Positions 44,924-53,984 of a stretch of DNA of 64,000 nt are shown piece after piece. A program made the position numbers and the translations under genes. The notes under the pieces are model-generated. The model made no database searches. It was not told the origin of the DNA and saw nothing but the letters and a program-made list of their open reading frames with translations. The stretch spans positions 6,064 to 70,063 of the forward strand of contig JAMQPK010000194.1 in assembly GCA_023717525.1 (NCBI GenBank). The letters run 5' to 3'. This DNA comes from Vicinamibacterales bacterium (GTDB lineage: Bacteria; Acidobacteriota; Vicinamibacteria; Vicinamibacterales; JAMQPK01). Numbering within the stretch: position 1 is the first letter of the stretch; every line of letters begins with the position of its first letter.

Positions 44924-45010
44924 CGATTGGGCGATTGGTGAGTGGGTGATAGGAATGGCGGCCGCAAATCATTCACTCACCTGCAAATCACCCAGTCACC
45001 TATCACCAAG
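44924..45010 (-). repeat. imperfect inverted repeat of GGTGATN/GGTGAGT units between asnS and rimO
   Basis: Left arm CGATTGGGCGATTGGTGAGTGGGTGATAGG and right arm ATTCACTCACCTGCAAATCACCCAGTCACCTATCACCAAG. The central loop contains GGCGGCCGC. Confidence 0.65.
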
Positions 45011-45021
45011 TCTCCAATATC

Positions 45022-46314
45022 TCAAGGCGTCACTCTGTACATCATACGTGGGAAGGGCGTTGCTTCGCGGACGTGCTCCAATCCGCAGATCCACCCGACG
45101 ACGCGTTCGATGCCCATGCCAAAGCCCGCATGCGGTACCGACCCGAATCGCCGCAGATCGAGGTACCACTCGAAGGCCTCCTGCGGAAGGTTGTGGTCCT
45201 TGAGGCGCTGCAGCAGCACGTCGTAGCTGGCGAGGCGCTGGCTGCCGCCAATAATCTCGCCGATTCCTTCGGGAGCCAGCACGTCGACGCAGAGCGCGAG
45301 CTCGGGCCGGAGAGGATCCGGTTCCATGTAAAACGGTTTCACCACTGCGGGATATCGATGGATCGCCACCGGCCGATCGAAATGCTGGGACAGGATGGTT
45401 TCGTCTGTTCCGCCGAGATCCCCGCCCCATTCGAACGGTTGTCCCTTGTCCTGCAGAATCTTCACAGCCTCGTCATACGAGATGCGGGGAAAAGGCGGCT
45501 GAACTGCCTCGAGCCTGGACGTGTCGCGCTCGAGGACCTTCAGCTCGCGGCGACGTTTCTCGAGCACGCGTGACACGACGGCGACGACCAGTCCTTCGGC
45601 GAGGTTCATCACGTCATCGAGGGTGGCGTAGGCCATTTCCGGCTCGACCATCCAGAACTCGGTGAGGTGCCGCCGGGTCTTGGACTTTTCCGCGCGGAAG
45701 ACCGGACCGAAGTTGTACACGCGGCCCAGCGCCATCGCGTTGGCTTCTGCGTAGAGCTGTCCGCTCTGCGTAAGGAAAACCTTCTGGTCCTCGAAGTAGT
45801 CGACCGGAAAGAGCGTGGTCGTGCCCTCGCACGCGGCCGGCGTGAAGATGGGGGTGTCGGCGAGGATAAAACCGCGATCGTTGAAGAAGTCGCGGACCGC
45901 CGTGATCACCTCGTGGCGCACGCGCAGGATCGCGTGCTGCCGCTCGGAGCGGATCCAGAGATGACGGCGATCGAGAAGAAAGTCGACGCCATGTTCCTTG
46001 GGAGTGATGGGATAGTCGGTCGAGCCGCTCACGATCTCGAAATCCTGCACGTCGAGCTCGAAGCCGCCCGGTGCCCGGCTGTCCGCGCGCACGTTGCCAT
46101 GGACGATGATCGCCGTCTCCTGGGAGAGGTGATCGGCCTGCTTGAACTTTTCGTCGCCGACGGTGGCTTTCGAGACGATCGCCTGGATGAAGCCGGTGCC
46201 GTCGCGCACGGACAGGAAGTGAATCTTCCCGCTCGATCGGCGGTTGTGCAGCCAGCCATGGATGACGACGTGCTGGCCTTCGTGCCTGGCGATGTCTTCG
46301 ATATAGGCGTTCAT
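45022..46314 (-). CDS. asnS: asparagine--tRNA ligase
   Basis: Close resemblance, from memory, to the compact Thermus-type AsnRS. Motifs: [55 protein letters not shown], and C-terminal [17 protein letters not shown]. Confidence 0.9.
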   Translation of the reverse strand: MNAYIEDIARHEGQHVVIHGWLHNRRSSGKIHFLSVRDGTGFIQAIVSKATVGDEKFKQADHLSQETAIIVHGNVRADSRAPGGFELDVQDFEIVSGSTDYPITPKEHGVDFLLDRRHLWIRSERQHAILRVRHEVITAVRDFFNDRGFILADTPIFTPAACEGTTTLFPVDYFEDQKVFLTQSGQLYAEANAMALGRVYNFGPVFRAEKSKTRRHLTEFWMVEPEMAYATLDDVMNLAEGLVVAVVSRVLEKRRRELKVLERDTSRLEAVQPPFPRISYDEAVKILQDKGQPFEWGGDLGGTDETILSQHFDRPVAIHRYPAVVKPFYMEPDPLRPELALCVDVLAPEGIGEIIGGSQRLASYDVLLQRLKDHNLPQEAFEWYLDLRRFGSVPHAGFGMGIERVVGWICGLEHVREATPFPRMMYRVTP

Positions 46315-47147
46315 GAGAAGCTCTCGAGCCTCTTGCGGGCGCGTGCGCACCGCTCCAGCACGTTGGCGGCGCCGTCTGTGTTCCGTACCTCGTACATCAA
46401 AACTCCATCGTATCCGATCTTCTCGAGCTCCATGACGGTAGCGGCCCAGTCGATGCTGCCTTCGAACGGCACGAGGTGATCATCCTTCTGGCCCCGGTTG
46501 TCGTGGATGTGCGTCGTCATCAGATACTCGGACGCAACCTCGATGGCCTCGGCGGTATCCCCGAGGAGGTGTGCGTGGCCCACGTCCATGCAAAGGCCGA
46601 TGTCCAGTCCGTCGAGATCGTGCTCGAGCATGTCGACGAGCACGTGCGGCCTGGACAGCGCGTTGTCCATCACCTCGAGAGTCAGCGTGACGCCAAGCGG
46701 CTCTGCGGAATCGTAAATGTGCTCGATGGTCCTCAGCGCCGCGTCGCGGTTGTTGTCGCCGGAACCGGGTCGCTGCGCAAGGGGAAGGCCCAGGTGCAGC
46801 ACGAAGTACTTGAACGGCACGTCGCGGGCCAGCGCGAGCGCCGCGTCCATTTCATGCAACGTCTCTTGCCGGGCATTGAGATCGCGCGCGGCCGTCGAAT
46901 AGGCGCGGCCCCACCTGTTGTCCACGAGCGAGTCCACGATGGGCGCGTGAACGGAATGCAGCTGGATGCCGGCCTCCCGCACCCACTCACCGAGCAACTT
47001 GTTACAGGCCGTGTCGTGGTAGTCAAAATGCGATCGCGTGGCGAAGACCTCCAGGCACTCGAAGCCGCGCGATGCCATTTCGACCAGATGCTCCCGCCGC
47101 AATCGCTCACCGTGGTACAGATGCGTGGACACGCCGAATTTCCGCAT
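46311..47147 (-). CDS. sugar phosphate isomerase/epimerase (xylose-isomerase-like TIM barrel)
   Basis: 278 aa with a pattern of conserved H/D/E metal ligands ([28 protein letters not shown]). Confidence 0.75.
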   Translation of the reverse strand: MRKFGVSTHLYHGERLRREHLVEMASRGFECLEVFATRSHFDYHDTACNKLLGEWVREAGIQLHSVHAPIVDSLVDNRWGRAYSTAARDLNARQETLHEMDAALALARDVPFKYFVLHLGLPLAQRPGSGDNNRDAALRTIEHIYDSAEPLGVTLTLEVMDNALSRPHVLVDMLEHDLDGLDIGLCMDVGHAHLLGDTAEAIEVASEYLMTTHIHDNRGQKDDHLVPFEGSIDWAATVMELEKIGYDGVLMYEVRNTDGAANVLERCARARKRLESFS

Positions 47148-47292
47148 CAGCCTTCAATCACCAACAAAGAAAACCACTAAGGTCAGAACCCGTCAAGAAA
47201 CGAACCTCCCAAGGCACAAAAGATCTTCGTGTTCTTGGGTGGCTCCTTTCTTCGTGCCTTTGTGTTCCGAGATCAGATCTGTTCTATTCAGT

Positions 47293-48327
47293 TCACCGCA
47301 GTTGCTCAATCATGCCGCCGAGAATCTCGCGCAGGCGTCCGAAGCGTGGATAGCGCTCGAGGTTCGCACGCACGTAGCTGAGCGTGCGCGGGATGTACTG
47401 AATGTAGACGGGGTTGCTGCGCGACGTCGTTTGGTGGCCGAACGTGCCAAGCGCCTTCAGGTTGCGCTGAATCGACATCAGGTCGAAGCGGCGCCGGAAC
47501 TCCACGGCGGCAGCAGGGGCGGCGGCTTTCTCGCCGCGCAACTTGAGGAATCCGTGGATCAGCGTGTCCACGCGGTCTTCCGACAAATCGACGTACGAGT
47601 CGCGCAGCAGGGACGCAAGGTCGTACGTGTCCGGGCCCATGCGTGCATCCTGGAAGTCGATGACGTAGAGCCGGCCGTTGTGCAGCATCAGGTTGCGGCT
47701 GTGATAATCGCGGTGACACAGCACGCGCGGCTCGCCGGCCAGTTCGTCGGTAATCGATGCCCACTCCTGGTCGAGCGCATTGCGGACCGCCGATGAGACG
47801 TCAATGCCGCGATACGCGCCGATGAAGTGCTTCACGAAAAAATTCAGCTCCCACAGCAGCTTGTCCCGATCGAATGCGATGCCGAATGGCAGGAACTCGT
47901 TCGATTCGAGCTGCTTTCCTCGATGCTGCAGTCGATCCACCAGCTCGACCGCCTGTGTGTAGAGCGCGTCGTGCTCGATCGGCTGCGTAACGCCCATGTG
48001 GGCCTGCAGCGTTACATCACCCAGGTCTTCGAGGATCAGAATGCCGAGATCGTCTGCATGGCCTGCGATAGTCGGGACCGGCAAAGGGATGCCGGTCAGC
48101 AGCCGGTAGACGTTGACGAACGGCAGCGCGTCGAACGTGAACGGCTCGTCATAGACGGCGAGAACCACCGGGGGATTGTCGGGTCGCATCACCCGGAAGT
48201 ACTGCCGGGTCGAGGCGTCGCCGGTCAGCGGCACCACACGCACCTGCGGCCCAGCCAGTCTGGCCCGCTGCAGGGCTTCGTCGATTCGTTCGCGCGTGTC
48301 CCGCATGGCGGCAGGCCGGTCATTCAT
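47293..48327 (-). CDS. aminoglycoside-phosphotransferase-fold kinase (AmgK-like anomeric MurNAc/GlcNAc kinase by context)
   Basis: LCHRDYHSRNLM catalytic loop and IDFQDARMGP (DFG-like) motif. It overlaps a MurU-like nucleotidyltransferase gene. Confidence 0.65.
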   Translation of the reverse strand: MNDRPAAMRDTRERIDEALQRARLAGPQVRVVPLTGDASTRQYFRVMRPDNPPVVLAVYDEPFTFDALPFVNVYRLLTGIPLPVPTIAGHADDLGILILEDLGDVTLQAHMGVTQPIEHDALYTQAVELVDRLQHRGKQLESNEFLPFGIAFDRDKLLWELNFFVKHFIGAYRGIDVSSAVRNALDQEWASITDELAGEPRVLCHRDYHSRNLMLHNGRLYVIDFQDARMGPDTYDLASLLRDSYVDLSEDRVDTLIHGFLKLRGEKAAAPAAAVEFRRRFDLMSIQRNLKALGTFGHQTTSRSNPVYIQYIPRTLSYVRANLERYPRFGRLREILGGMIEQLR

Positions 48328-49252
48328 CGTTTAACTCCGACACGACGAGTTCCTCTCCAGATTGAATGATGGCGCAGTTTTGAAACGAGCGGCCCGCAGG
48401 CACATGGACGCCGTCTGCCACGATACATCGCTCGAGCGTGACGCCCGCCGAGACCTCGACGTCATCCCATAGCACCGACTCGACGATCCGCGCGGAAGGA
48501 TCCACGCGCGATCCGCGGCCGATGTGCGGCGAAGCGACCCCTTCGATGCTGCCGATCGACAGCGCCGTGTTCAAGTAGCCGGCCGGCGTCCCGACGTCGT
48601 AAAAGGGAGCATCGGCGAGAAACGCGCGGACGCTGCCACGCTGCTCGGCGATCAGGCTTCGATACACGCCGCCGACGCTTTCTGCCGGCTCGTCCTCTGG
48701 TAATGCGGCGAAGACCGATGAATTCGCGATCTGAACGCCGACGAAGTGATACTTCGCGGCAGGTGATCCGCGCGGAGCAAAACCGTACACGATGCCTCTG
48801 GAATCGGTGACGACGCCCCCATAGCGCTCCGGCCAGCTGTTGGGAATCACGGCCATCGTCACCAGGGCACCGCTGCTCGCGTGTTGTGCCGCGAGCGCCG
48901 TGAGGTCGACGTCGCAGAGCGTATCGCCGTTGACGATGAAGAAGACGTCGCCGTTGACCAGAGGCAGGGCCTTTCGCGGCCCGCCGGCCGAGCCGAGCAC
49001 ATTCGGCGCCTCCCAGGAATATCGCACCTGCACGCCGATGTCGCTGCCATCACCGACGCACGCCGCAATCGTTTCAGGCAGGTGGTGAAGATTCACCACG
49101 CAATGGCGCACATCGTACCGGCGAACATATCGGAGAATGCGAGAAATGAGCGGTTGCCCTGCGATGGGAACGGCGGGCTTTGCCCGCACCGAGGAGAGTG
49201 GCCGCAGCCTGGTACCGAGTCCGGCCGAGAGGATAAGCGCTGAGCGTTCCAG
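48320..49252 (-). CDS. sugar-1-phosphate nucleotidyltransferase (MurU-like); probable CTG start
   Basis: Hand translation upstream of the track start gives (L/M)ERSALILSAGLGTRLRPLSSVRAKPAVPIAG. The G-x-G-T-R-L-x-P-L motif lies upstream of the first GTG. The only way to include it is the CTG at 49252, directly after the TAA of the upstream gene and 7 nt after GAGGA. Confidence 0.7.
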   Translation of the reverse strand: MERSALILSAGLGTRLRPLSSVRAKPAVPIAGQPLISRILRYVRRYDVRHCVVNLHHLPETIAACVGDGSDIGVQVRYSWEAPNVLGSAGGPRKALPLVNGDVFFIVNGDTLCDVDLTALAAQHASSGALVTMAVIPNSWPERYGGVVTDSRGIVYGFAPRGSPAAKYHFVGVQIANSSVFAALPEDEPAESVGGVYRSLIAEQRGSVRAFLADAPFYDVGTPAGYLNTALSIGSIEGVASPHIGRGSRVDPSARIVESVLWDDVEVSAGVTLERCIVADGVHVPAGRSFQNCAIIQSGEELVVSELNDE

Positions 49253-49810
49253 TTACGGTTCCTCGAAGAGCATGTCGGTCACAGGCAACCCGTGGCGCTG
49301 ACAGTGTTTCACGAACAGCCCGCGGTATGAATCGAGCACATAGTCGGCGGGCATCCTCGCCAGCGAAGCGGCCATCTTGTGGATGCCTTCCTCACTGCCC
49401 TCGATCTCGACGAAAGTCCCAACTGGCGTTTCGTCGACGGCGACAATCACGTCCTCGTGAGCAAATTCCTCGCGATACTTCTGATAGCGAAACCATACGC
49501 GGAAGCCCAGCTCCTCGAGTACTCTCAGCAACAGCAGCCCGTCGCCGACGACCGTTTCGAGCTCCTCGCGCAGCTTCATCGACGATTCCTGCACGGGGCC
49601 TTTGAAGGTCAGGAGCGTTTTTCCGCATTCCATGCGCACGCGAAGCACGCAGCGGCGGCTGAAGAGTTGGTCGTCCGAGGTGTCGAGCAGGCAGTCTTCC
49701 TGAAGCCGCCGCCCGCGCAGTGGCTCGGCGCCGGCCGCAAGAATGGCAGTTCGGGCTTCCTCCGCATCGCGAAAAGCGAGCTTGACCTCGCGCTCCATGA
49801 TGGCAGCCAT
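49253..49810 (-). CDS. CYTH-domain protein (CyaB/ThTPase-like triphosphate tunnel metalloenzyme)
   Basis: N-terminal EREVKL (ExExK) signature, 185 aa. Confidence 0.7.
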   Translation of the reverse strand: MAAIMEREVKLAFRDAEEARTAILAAGAEPLRGRRLQEDCLLDTSDDQLFSRRCVLRVRMECGKTLLTFKGPVQESSMKLREELETVVGDGLLLLRVLEELGFRVWFRYQKYREEFAHEDVIVAVDETPVGTFVEIEGSEEGIHKMAASLARMPADYVLDSYRGLFVKHCQRHGLPVTDMLFEEP

Positions 49811-49838
49811 AGGGAGGGGATTATGTCAGTTTTCGGTT

Positions 49839-49915
49839 AACTTGAAACTAGAAACTGGAAACTGGAAAGTAACTTCAAAACTTACTTTCCAGTTCCTAGT
49901 TCCCAGTTTCAAGTT
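49839..49915 (-). repeat. 34-bp hairpin made of GAAACTR/GAAAGTA heptamers and their complement
   Basis: AACTTGAAACTAGAAACTGGAAACTGGAAAGTAA - 9-nt loop - TTACTTTCCAGTTCCTAGTTCCCAGTTTCAAGTT, hand-paired. 30 Watson-Crick pairs plus 4 transition mispairs. Confidence 0.9.
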
Positions 49916-51045
49916 ACACGGATTCTGTATGAAAGTCCCTTAAGCGTGGGCTTTCCCACGTCCTTCCCAAACAGCAGAACCTTGTGCGTGCTGCCGAGCC
50001 CGCCGGGCAACAGCAGGGTCTTCAGCGCAAGACGGCGCTGCATGGCCGAAGGCTCGAACGACTGATCCAGCGCCATCATCTCGTCCAAACCTAATCCCAG
50101 CATGAAGTAGGTCTGATCGAGACGGCCGAGAGACTCGAGGCCGGCCTGTTCGCCAGCTCTCGTGACGGCGGTGAGGTCGACATGCGCCGTGATGTCGCAG
50201 TCGCCCGGAGTCTGCAGGACCTCGGCGAATGTCGTGTGCGATTTGAAGGTCGTCAGCGTGCCTGCAGAGTGCGACGCTCCGTAAAGCTCCTCGGCGCTGT
50301 GCCCGTAGTCGATCACCATCATGAAGCCCTTCTCGAGCGAACGCGCGGCAGTGCCGACCCAGTCTTCGGCGGCAAGGTTGACCTCTGCGCGCCAGCCCTG
50401 ATGCATTTTGGCGCCGGCGCGCGACAGGTAATCGGAGATGCGCGGTGTCGACAGCGTCTCAAGGTACTCGACGAATTGCCCGTCCCGCTCGTCGACGAAG
50501 ATCTCGCGCAGGCCGGCGTCCGTCATGGTGACGGCGTGAGTGGGAAACGCGTCCAGGAGCTCGTTGGCGAAGATAACGCCGTAGACGTGTTCCGGCAGCT
50601 CGGCCGAGCTGTGCACGAGATGCGACGCATGATCGCCAAGCGTTGCGCGCTGGGCGCTTCTCGCCGCGGCCGATCGTTCGACGAGCGAGAGCCGGATCGA
50701 CGCGTAGAGATCTGGATCTGTGCGCTGAAGGGCGTCGAGAACATCCTTCGATAACCGCCCGTTGCCGCTGCCGGCTTCGACGAGGTCGACGGCTTCAGGC
50801 TTCGGGCTTTGGGCTTTGGGTCCGATCAAGCGAAGCATTTCGGCGATCTGCTTGGCGAGCAGTTCGCCGAATACGGCTCCGACATCGACGCTCGTAAAAA
50901 AATCGCCCGCGCGTCCAGTTCGCTGGGCCGCGCGGGCGTAGTAGCCAAACTCGGGCTGGTAGAGTGAGAGGTCCATGAACTCTGCGAAGCTGATCGGTCC
51001 GCTTTCGCGGATCCTTTCACTGATCAGCTGGCGGAGAGGATTCAT
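49909..51045 (-). CDS. class I SAM-dependent methyltransferase (DUF185, MidA/NDUFAF7 family)
   Basis: ISFAEFMDLSLYQPEFGYYA...GDFFTSVDVG...LVEAGSGNGRL. Confidence 0.75.
   Translation of the reverse strand: MNPLRQLISERIRESGPISFAEFMDLSLYQPEFGYYARAAQRTGRAGDFFTSVDVGAVFGELLAKQIAEMLRLIGPKAQSPKPEAVDLVEAGSGNGRLSKDVLDALQRTDPDLYASIRLSLVERSAAARSAQRATLGDHASHLVHSSAELPEHVYGVIFANELLDAFPTHAVTMTDAGLREIFVDERDGQFVEYLETLSTPRISDYLSRAGAKMHQGWRAEVNLAAEDWVGTAARSLEKGFMMVIDYGHSAEELYGASHSAGTLTTFKSHTTFAEVLQTPGDCDITAHVDLTAVTRAGEQAGLESLGRLDQTYFMLGLGLDEMMALDQSFEPSAMQRRLALKTLLLPGGLGSTHKVLLFGKDVGKPTLKGLSYRIRVT
50791..50818. repeat. heptamer run GGCTTCA GGCTTCG GGCTTTG GGCTTTG inside the MidA-like gene
   Basis: Read directly. 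It encodes KAQSPKPEA. Confidence 0.7.
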
Positions 51046-51047
51046 GG

Positions 51048-51110
51048 CTTCGGACTCCGGGCTCCGGACTCCAGGCCCAAAGCCTGAAGCCCGAAGCCCG
51101 AAGTCCAGAG
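51048..51110 (-). repeat. 29-position hairpin of GGCTYCG-type heptamers immediately upstream of the MidA-like start codon
   Basis: Hand pairing of 51048-51076 with 51082-51110 and a 5-nt loop gives 22 Watson-Crick pairs. Five further positions are C-A/A-C on the plus strand, which become G-U on the minus strand. Confidence 0.85.
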
Positions 51111-51111
51111 A

Positions 51112-52680
51112 TTACTGCTTCCGCACCGTCACGAATTGTTCCTCGCCGTTACGAAGAATCAGCATGCCGACCGCCCGGCCCGCCGGTACTGCGCGCAGCG
51201 CCTGACCGGCTTCGCTCGCGTTCGATACCACCTGCCGGTTCACCTGCAGGATCACGTCGTTCGGCCGGAGCCAGCGCGCCGCCGGACTGTCCGGTTCGAC
51301 CTCGGTGATCACGGCGCCTCTGGTGCCGGCCGGAATTTCCAGCCGGCGCGCTACGTCGGGCGTGATGTTGTTGAGCGTGATCCCGAAACCCGCTCCCGTG
51401 TCATCGGGTGTTGTGTCGTTGCGCGACTGACGGTTGGTTTCGCTCTCGAGGTCGAGTTCTTCGACCTTCACGTTCAACGTGTGATCCTTGCCGTCGCGCT
51501 GCACTTTCACGGGTACCGTCGTGCCCGGAGCGGTGCGCACCACTTGCTGCACCAGATCATCGCTCTTCACGACTGGCTTGCCATTGAACTCGACGATCAC
51601 GTCACCCGGCTTGATACCGGCGAGCGCCGCGGGGCCGCCCGCAGGAACACTCGACACCAGGGCGCCTTTCCGTTCCTTGAGGTTCAGTGCTTCGACCTCT
51701 TCAGGCTGAATCGCCCTCACCAGGACGCCGATCCGCCCGCGTGTGATCTTGCCCGACCGAAGTCCCGGCAGCACCTCGCGCACGGTGTTGATCGGGATGG
51801 CGAACCCGATGCCGATGTTGCCGGCGCCGCCGCCGAGCATGTTCTGGTTGCTGTAGATGGCCGTATTGATGCCGATGACCTCCCCGCGGACATTCAGCAG
51901 CGGCCCGCCGGAGTTTCCGGGATTAATCGCCGCGTCGGTCTGCAGCACATTCGCTGAACGCTGTTCCGCGACGGGGAACGAGCGCTGGGTCGCACTGACG
52001 ACGCCCACGCTGATGGTGTGCGCGAGCCCGAACGGATTGCCGATCGCCATCACCCAGTCGCCGGGCTCCATCAAACTGGAGTCGCCAAACTTCGCCTCTG
52101 ACAGAGGACGGCTGGGCTTCTCGGTGAGCTGAATCAGCGCGCTGTCTGTCAGCGGATCACGTCCGACCACTTTGGCGGCGTAGTAGGAATCCTCGTCGTC
52201 GAAGAACTGCACCTCGATCTTCGTGGCGCCTTCCACGACGTGGTTGTTCGTCAGGATGTAGCCTTCCTTGTTGATGATGAAGCCCGACCCCGCGGCCCTG
52301 GTCGTTTGTTCGCGCGGCTGCCGCCGCTGCTGTGGAGCCGCGCCCGGGCCCCCGCCGCCGAAGAAGCGTTCCAGCAGGTCGTCGCTGCCTGGCGCACCGA
52401 AGAATTCGCTCAGGTCCTGAGTCCGCTGCCGCGATTCGGTGCGGATGCTGACGACCATCGGCGATGCCAGCTTCGCGATGTTGCGGAAGGTGGTGGCGTC
52501 GACCGGCCCGCCGAGCGGGGCGCTGTTGGTCGCCGGAATGGGCATCGTCTGTGCGGAGGAGGCGGGCGTCAGGTCGAGCCGTGAGGCGATGACCATGCCA
52601 ACCACCAGAGACGCGACAGCGATGAGGACGACGTAGAACGCCGTCGTTTTGCGAGAAGGAGCGGAGTCAAGCCAAGACAT
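51112..52680 (-). CDS. Do/HtrA-family periplasmic serine endopeptidase with two PDZ domains
   Basis: TNNHVV (His), D, and GNSGGPLLN (Ser) catalytic motifs, with two PDZ-like regions. Confidence 0.9.
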   Translation of the reverse strand: MSWLDSAPSRKTTAFYVVLIAVASLVVGMVIASRLDLTPASSAQTMPIPATNSAPLGGPVDATTFRNIAKLASPMVVSIRTESRQRTQDLSEFFGAPGSDDLLERFFGGGGPGAAPQQRRQPREQTTRAAGSGFIINKEGYILTNNHVVEGATKIEVQFFDDEDSYYAAKVVGRDPLTDSALIQLTEKPSRPLSEAKFGDSSLMEPGDWVMAIGNPFGLAHTISVGVVSATQRSFPVAEQRSANVLQTDAAINPGNSGGPLLNVRGEVIGINTAIYSNQNMLGGGAGNIGIGFAIPINTVREVLPGLRSGKITRGRIGVLVRAIQPEEVEALNLKERKGALVSSVPAGGPAALAGIKPGDVIVEFNGKPVVKSDDLVQQVVRTAPGTTVPVKVQRDGKDHTLNVKVEELDLESETNRQSRNDTTPDDTGAGFGITLNNITPDVARRLEIPAGTRGAVITEVEPDSPAARWLRPNDVILQVNRQVVSNASEAGQALRAVPAGRAVGMLILRNGEEQFVTVRKQ

Positions 52681-52717
52681 ATGAAGAACCTCCGAAATGA
52701 AGCGCGTTCGCGCCGGT

Positions 52718-53905
52718 CTACAAGAGTTTCACAATCTCGGTCTGCGCGGGACCTGTCACACGCGCCTCGCGCTGGCCGTAGAAGACGTTGATTTCCGTAC
52801 GCACGCCGAACGAATCGAAATACAAGCCCGGCTCGATGGTAAACCCAGTGCCGGGCAAAAGCCGCCGGTCATCATGGCTTTCGTAGTCATCCATGTGCAC
52901 ACCGTTTCCGTGCACCTCGCGCCCGAGGCTATGGCCGGTGCGGTGCAGCATCCAGTGGCCGTAGCCCGCCTGCTCGAGCACCGATCGGGCCGCACGGTCT
53001 ACCTGCCAGCCTCGCAAGTCTCGCTGGCTGCGGGCCGACTCGTCCGCCAGCGCAGCGGCTGCATCACGGGCTTCGCAGATGGCTCGAAACGCCCGGACCA
53101 TCTCGTCGGGGATTGTCTTCCCAGTAAACCCCACCCATGTAATATCGGCATAAACCGCGTTCGGGTCGCCTTTCTTCTTTCCCCAGAGGTCGAGCAACAG
53201 CAATTCGTTCGCCCGAATCGATCTCGTCCTGGTTGCTGACGGGAGATAGTGCGGATCGCTCGCGTTCTCTTGCGCCGCGACGACCGGAGGGGCATCGCTC
53301 ACGAGCCCTTCATCGGTGAACCACTCGACCATCTGCTGCTGCACGTCGAACTCGGTCAAGCTTTCTCCATTGCGGAGCTTCCTGGCGGCAAACTCGAACG
53401 CCCGATCTTTGATCCTGTAGAGTGCCAGAGATGCGTCCCGGTGAGTGGCGAGCGCATGGTCGTCCCACACGGCCTCGAAGCGCTGCACGAGATCGCCCGA
53501 CGACTGCACTTCGACACCGCGCTTGCGAATCCATTCAATCGTGCCGGCGTCGATGCGGGATATGTACGGGATCGCGCACTCACGCGAGTACTCCATTGCG
53601 ATGGTCTTCATCCCCTCCAGCAGCCGGGTGAGCTCGGCATCCAACTGCTCCCGTCCCGCGTACGCCGCTTTGTGGCCGGGCAGCGCGTCGAGTGTCTTCC
53701 GCTCCATCGCGTGCACCAGGCCCTTCGGTTCGCCTGTTGCCGGCACCAGATAGAACCAGCGCCGCGTCGTCATCTTGGTCCCGTTGGAAGTTCCGACCAG
53801 GCGCGCCGCAATCGGATTCGACCCGTGAAAATCGTACAACAGCCAACCGTCCAAACCCTCCGCCCTCAGCGACTGTTGAACGGCTCCGATGTCCATTGGC
53901 ATCAA
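52718..53905 (-). CDS. M24-family metallopeptidase (Xaa-Pro aminopeptidase-like)
   Basis: Creatinase-like N-terminal domain and a C-terminal pita-bread fold with HRTGHSLGREVHG and FTIEPG motifs. Confidence 0.8.
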   Translation of the reverse strand: MMPMDIGAVQQSLRAEGLDGWLLYDFHGSNPIAARLVGTSNGTKMTTRRWFYLVPATGEPKGLVHAMERKTLDALPGHKAAYAGREQLDAELTRLLEGMKTIAMEYSRECAIPYISRIDAGTIEWIRKRGVEVQSSGDLVQRFEAVWDDHALATHRDASLALYRIKDRAFEFAARKLRNGESLTEFDVQQQMVEWFTDEGLVSDAPPVVAAQENASDPHYLPSATRTRSIRANELLLLDLWGKKKGDPNAVYADITWVGFTGKTIPDEMVRAFRAICEARDAAAALADESARSQRDLRGWQVDRAARSVLEQAGYGHWMLHRTGHSLGREVHGNGVHMDDYESHDDRRLLPGTGFTIEPGLYFDSFGVRTEINVFYGQREARVTGPAQTEIVKLL

Positions 53906-53984
53906 AAATCAGTATAGCCGTTCCCCTTACTTGGACGTGTTCAGCGGGGGGATGGTTTGGACAGGGAGTGCGTATAATTGAGGG

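Noticed and set aside
47160-47275. Clean hairpin between the isomerase and kinase genes
   Set aside because: It contains CTTCGTG/GGCACAAAG units related to the proS element and an AGATCT centre. However, I could not hand-pair more than short segments (GAAC/GTTC and AAGGCAC/GTGCCTT). It is reported only as a degenerate relative.
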